Source: Dimargaris cristalligena
Taxonomy: Eukaryota
Direction of reading: 5' to 3'
NCBI GenBank assembly: GCA_003614675.1
Contig: ML002373.1
Coordinates: 1-36,694, forward strand
DNA: 36,694 nt
Positions 34,996-36,694 of the stretch are shown here, one piece after another. Each line of letters starts with the position of its first letter. The stretch's first letter is position 1. The notes below the pieces were generated by a model, which was not told the origin of the DNA, ran no database searches, and saw nothing but the letters and a program-made list of their open reading frames with translations. Position numbers and translations under genes: made by a program.

Positions 34996-36694
34996 TAAAG
35001 CATCTCTAATAAGTACATTCCCTTGGGATTGACATTTTCCCTATAAAATAGATAATACTATAGGAAAAATAAGGCTACAGGAGAGGTAGAATGCAGTATA
35101 TTAGGTTAGAGTCATTTATTGTTTTAAAGTGAAATGATAGGATTAATGTGATAGTATTCAGAGTCCTCATAAAGAGCCTATAAAAAAAGTCAATGATTCC
35201 TGTGTCACCCAGGTTAACTGCTCTTAGTCCATCAAGAGTCCCAGGGATAGGCTTCTAATGGTAGGAGGGGCTTAGGCTTAGCCAAGCAGGTACTAGCATT
35301 AGGGAGGGATTGGTACTAACTAATAAAGGATGAGTGCAGGCTAATGTAAGGGACATACAGCAGGCACACTTACTGGCTAATACAATGGGTGAGCATATAA
35401 GGAGTTTATTGAGGTAAACTATGGGGGTAAGAAATAAGCTGAGGAACTGAACCAGTCCCAGAGGGGCCCAGTTATTTATATGCAGGGACCACTCATAATG
35501 AGGGGTCCCTAAGGGAATGTGATGATTAAGGTAGAGGTAAAGGTTGGAGTCTTGACTGGGTGGGCTTGCTTTTGGAGGACTCTCACTGAGAGAGGAGGGT
35601 CATTGGATCAGACAGTGGAGTATGATGTGAGAAGTGTTGGAACCTGGTCATAGTGGGTTATATAGTTAAGGGAGGGGTAATATGGTGCTACAAGGCAATA
35701 GGAAAGGATGATCAGTGTTCCATATTTAGGAAGGATTAGGTGGGCCAACATCCAGGAAAAGGCACTAGTTACTTACATATTTAATTCTGCCAATAATGTA
35801 AATATGATGCCAGGCAGCTTTCAATTAAATCTACTAACCACTAGTTGATCAAGTGGGCTGGGTAGCCAAGGTGAGCAGATTGCCCAACTTATTTCTCTAG
35901 ATTGGGGGGCACTGACCTTCGAATAACCTCTGATGGATAAGAAGGAACCTAACTAATATATGAGTAAATTCAATTAATCGAGGCTGGAATCCATGGCCCA
36001 GGACTATTTAATAGAAACCCATGACTCACAATAAATGAATATTCTATAACTAAGAAAATATACTGTTGCTTTAGTTCAATGAACCTCCAGAATTTCTCTA
36101 AAATTTGGAAAGTAAGAGTTAGTAATTTTCACTGACAATGTGCAGCTGTGAGGTCCATTATATTAAACATTTAGAGCTGTGTAATTTGAAGCAATAGTAA
36201 AGAAGGTTCAATATGGAGTAGGTTTAACTGAGTTGTATAATGAAAAATCTGTTGGATAAAGCAAATATTACTAGTTAAAAATTAATCTCCCATACACTTA
36301 TTATTTATAACCTTGTACAGCTGGTCCAAATTTCACCCACATAGATGGTGACATATTGGGTCCGTAATACTAGGGGGCTAGTTGTTATGACTGGTTAATT
36401 TGAGCTACAAGAATAACCAGCCATATAAGTAAAAAAACCCATACTAACAAATGGGTAAAATTAATATTTAATATTATCAGAATATATACCCATTATCCTA
36501 CTGTGTTTTATTCCTATTATTTTATTCCCCATATTACCTAGTTATTGATTTGTATTTATTAGTTGTCGTCATTCTTCTCCTGCCCCTTGAGTTTGGATAT
36601 AACCCTAACTATTCCCCTACAGCTTACTCTTTAGCTTGTAACTCCTCTTTTGTTTTCCCTTTTTGATATCTAGTCTAATAAACCTATTTTCCAT
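34996..36694 (-). pseudogene. CpG-depleted, heavily degraded gene or transposon relic, probably continuing past the window edge
   Basis: Only 4 CpG counted by eye in about 1.7 kb; residual minus-strand splice signals (acceptor TTGTAG ending 36405; intron 35776-35688); no intact ORF; original product not recognised. Confidence 0.5.

Noticed and set aside
36600..36609. TAACCCTAAC, like a telomerase template or telomeric repeat
   Set aside because: Single 10-mer inside the degraded region; not tandem and no supporting structure.
1..36694. CRISPR arrays, tRNA/rRNA genes, intact transposase or RT ORFs, biosynthetic gene cluster
   Set aside because: No regularly spaced repeats, cloverleaf or rRNA motifs, TE catalytic motifs or backbone synthase seen; the genes look functionally unrelated.

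Overview
Eukaryotic, intron-containing fungal genomic DNA. GT(A/C)(A/G)GT...YAG introns of about 160-480 nt and the gene content suggest an early-diverging lineage such as Zoopagomycota or Mucoromycota; this is inference only. Seven apparently intact protein-coding genes: a 5'-truncated 6-phosphogluconate dehydrogenase, an EamA/DMT transporter, epsin, a DHA1-type MFS transporter with an unusual His-rich loop, a Sec14/CRAL-TRIO (Pdr16-like) protein and two convergent 7TM receptor-like genes. There is also a disrupted F-box/LRR pseudogene, an 8.9 kb divergent intergenic region with candidate structured hairpins, and a sharply bounded, almost CpG-free relic at the right end that still shows minus-strand exon/intron signals. 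I see no convincing novel multi-gene system. The best leads are the CpG-erased relic (possible methylation/RIP-like hypermutation), the His-rich MFS loop, the divergent GPCR pair and the hairpin cluster at 17.5-17.7 kb. Gene models were spliced by hand and no database search was run.
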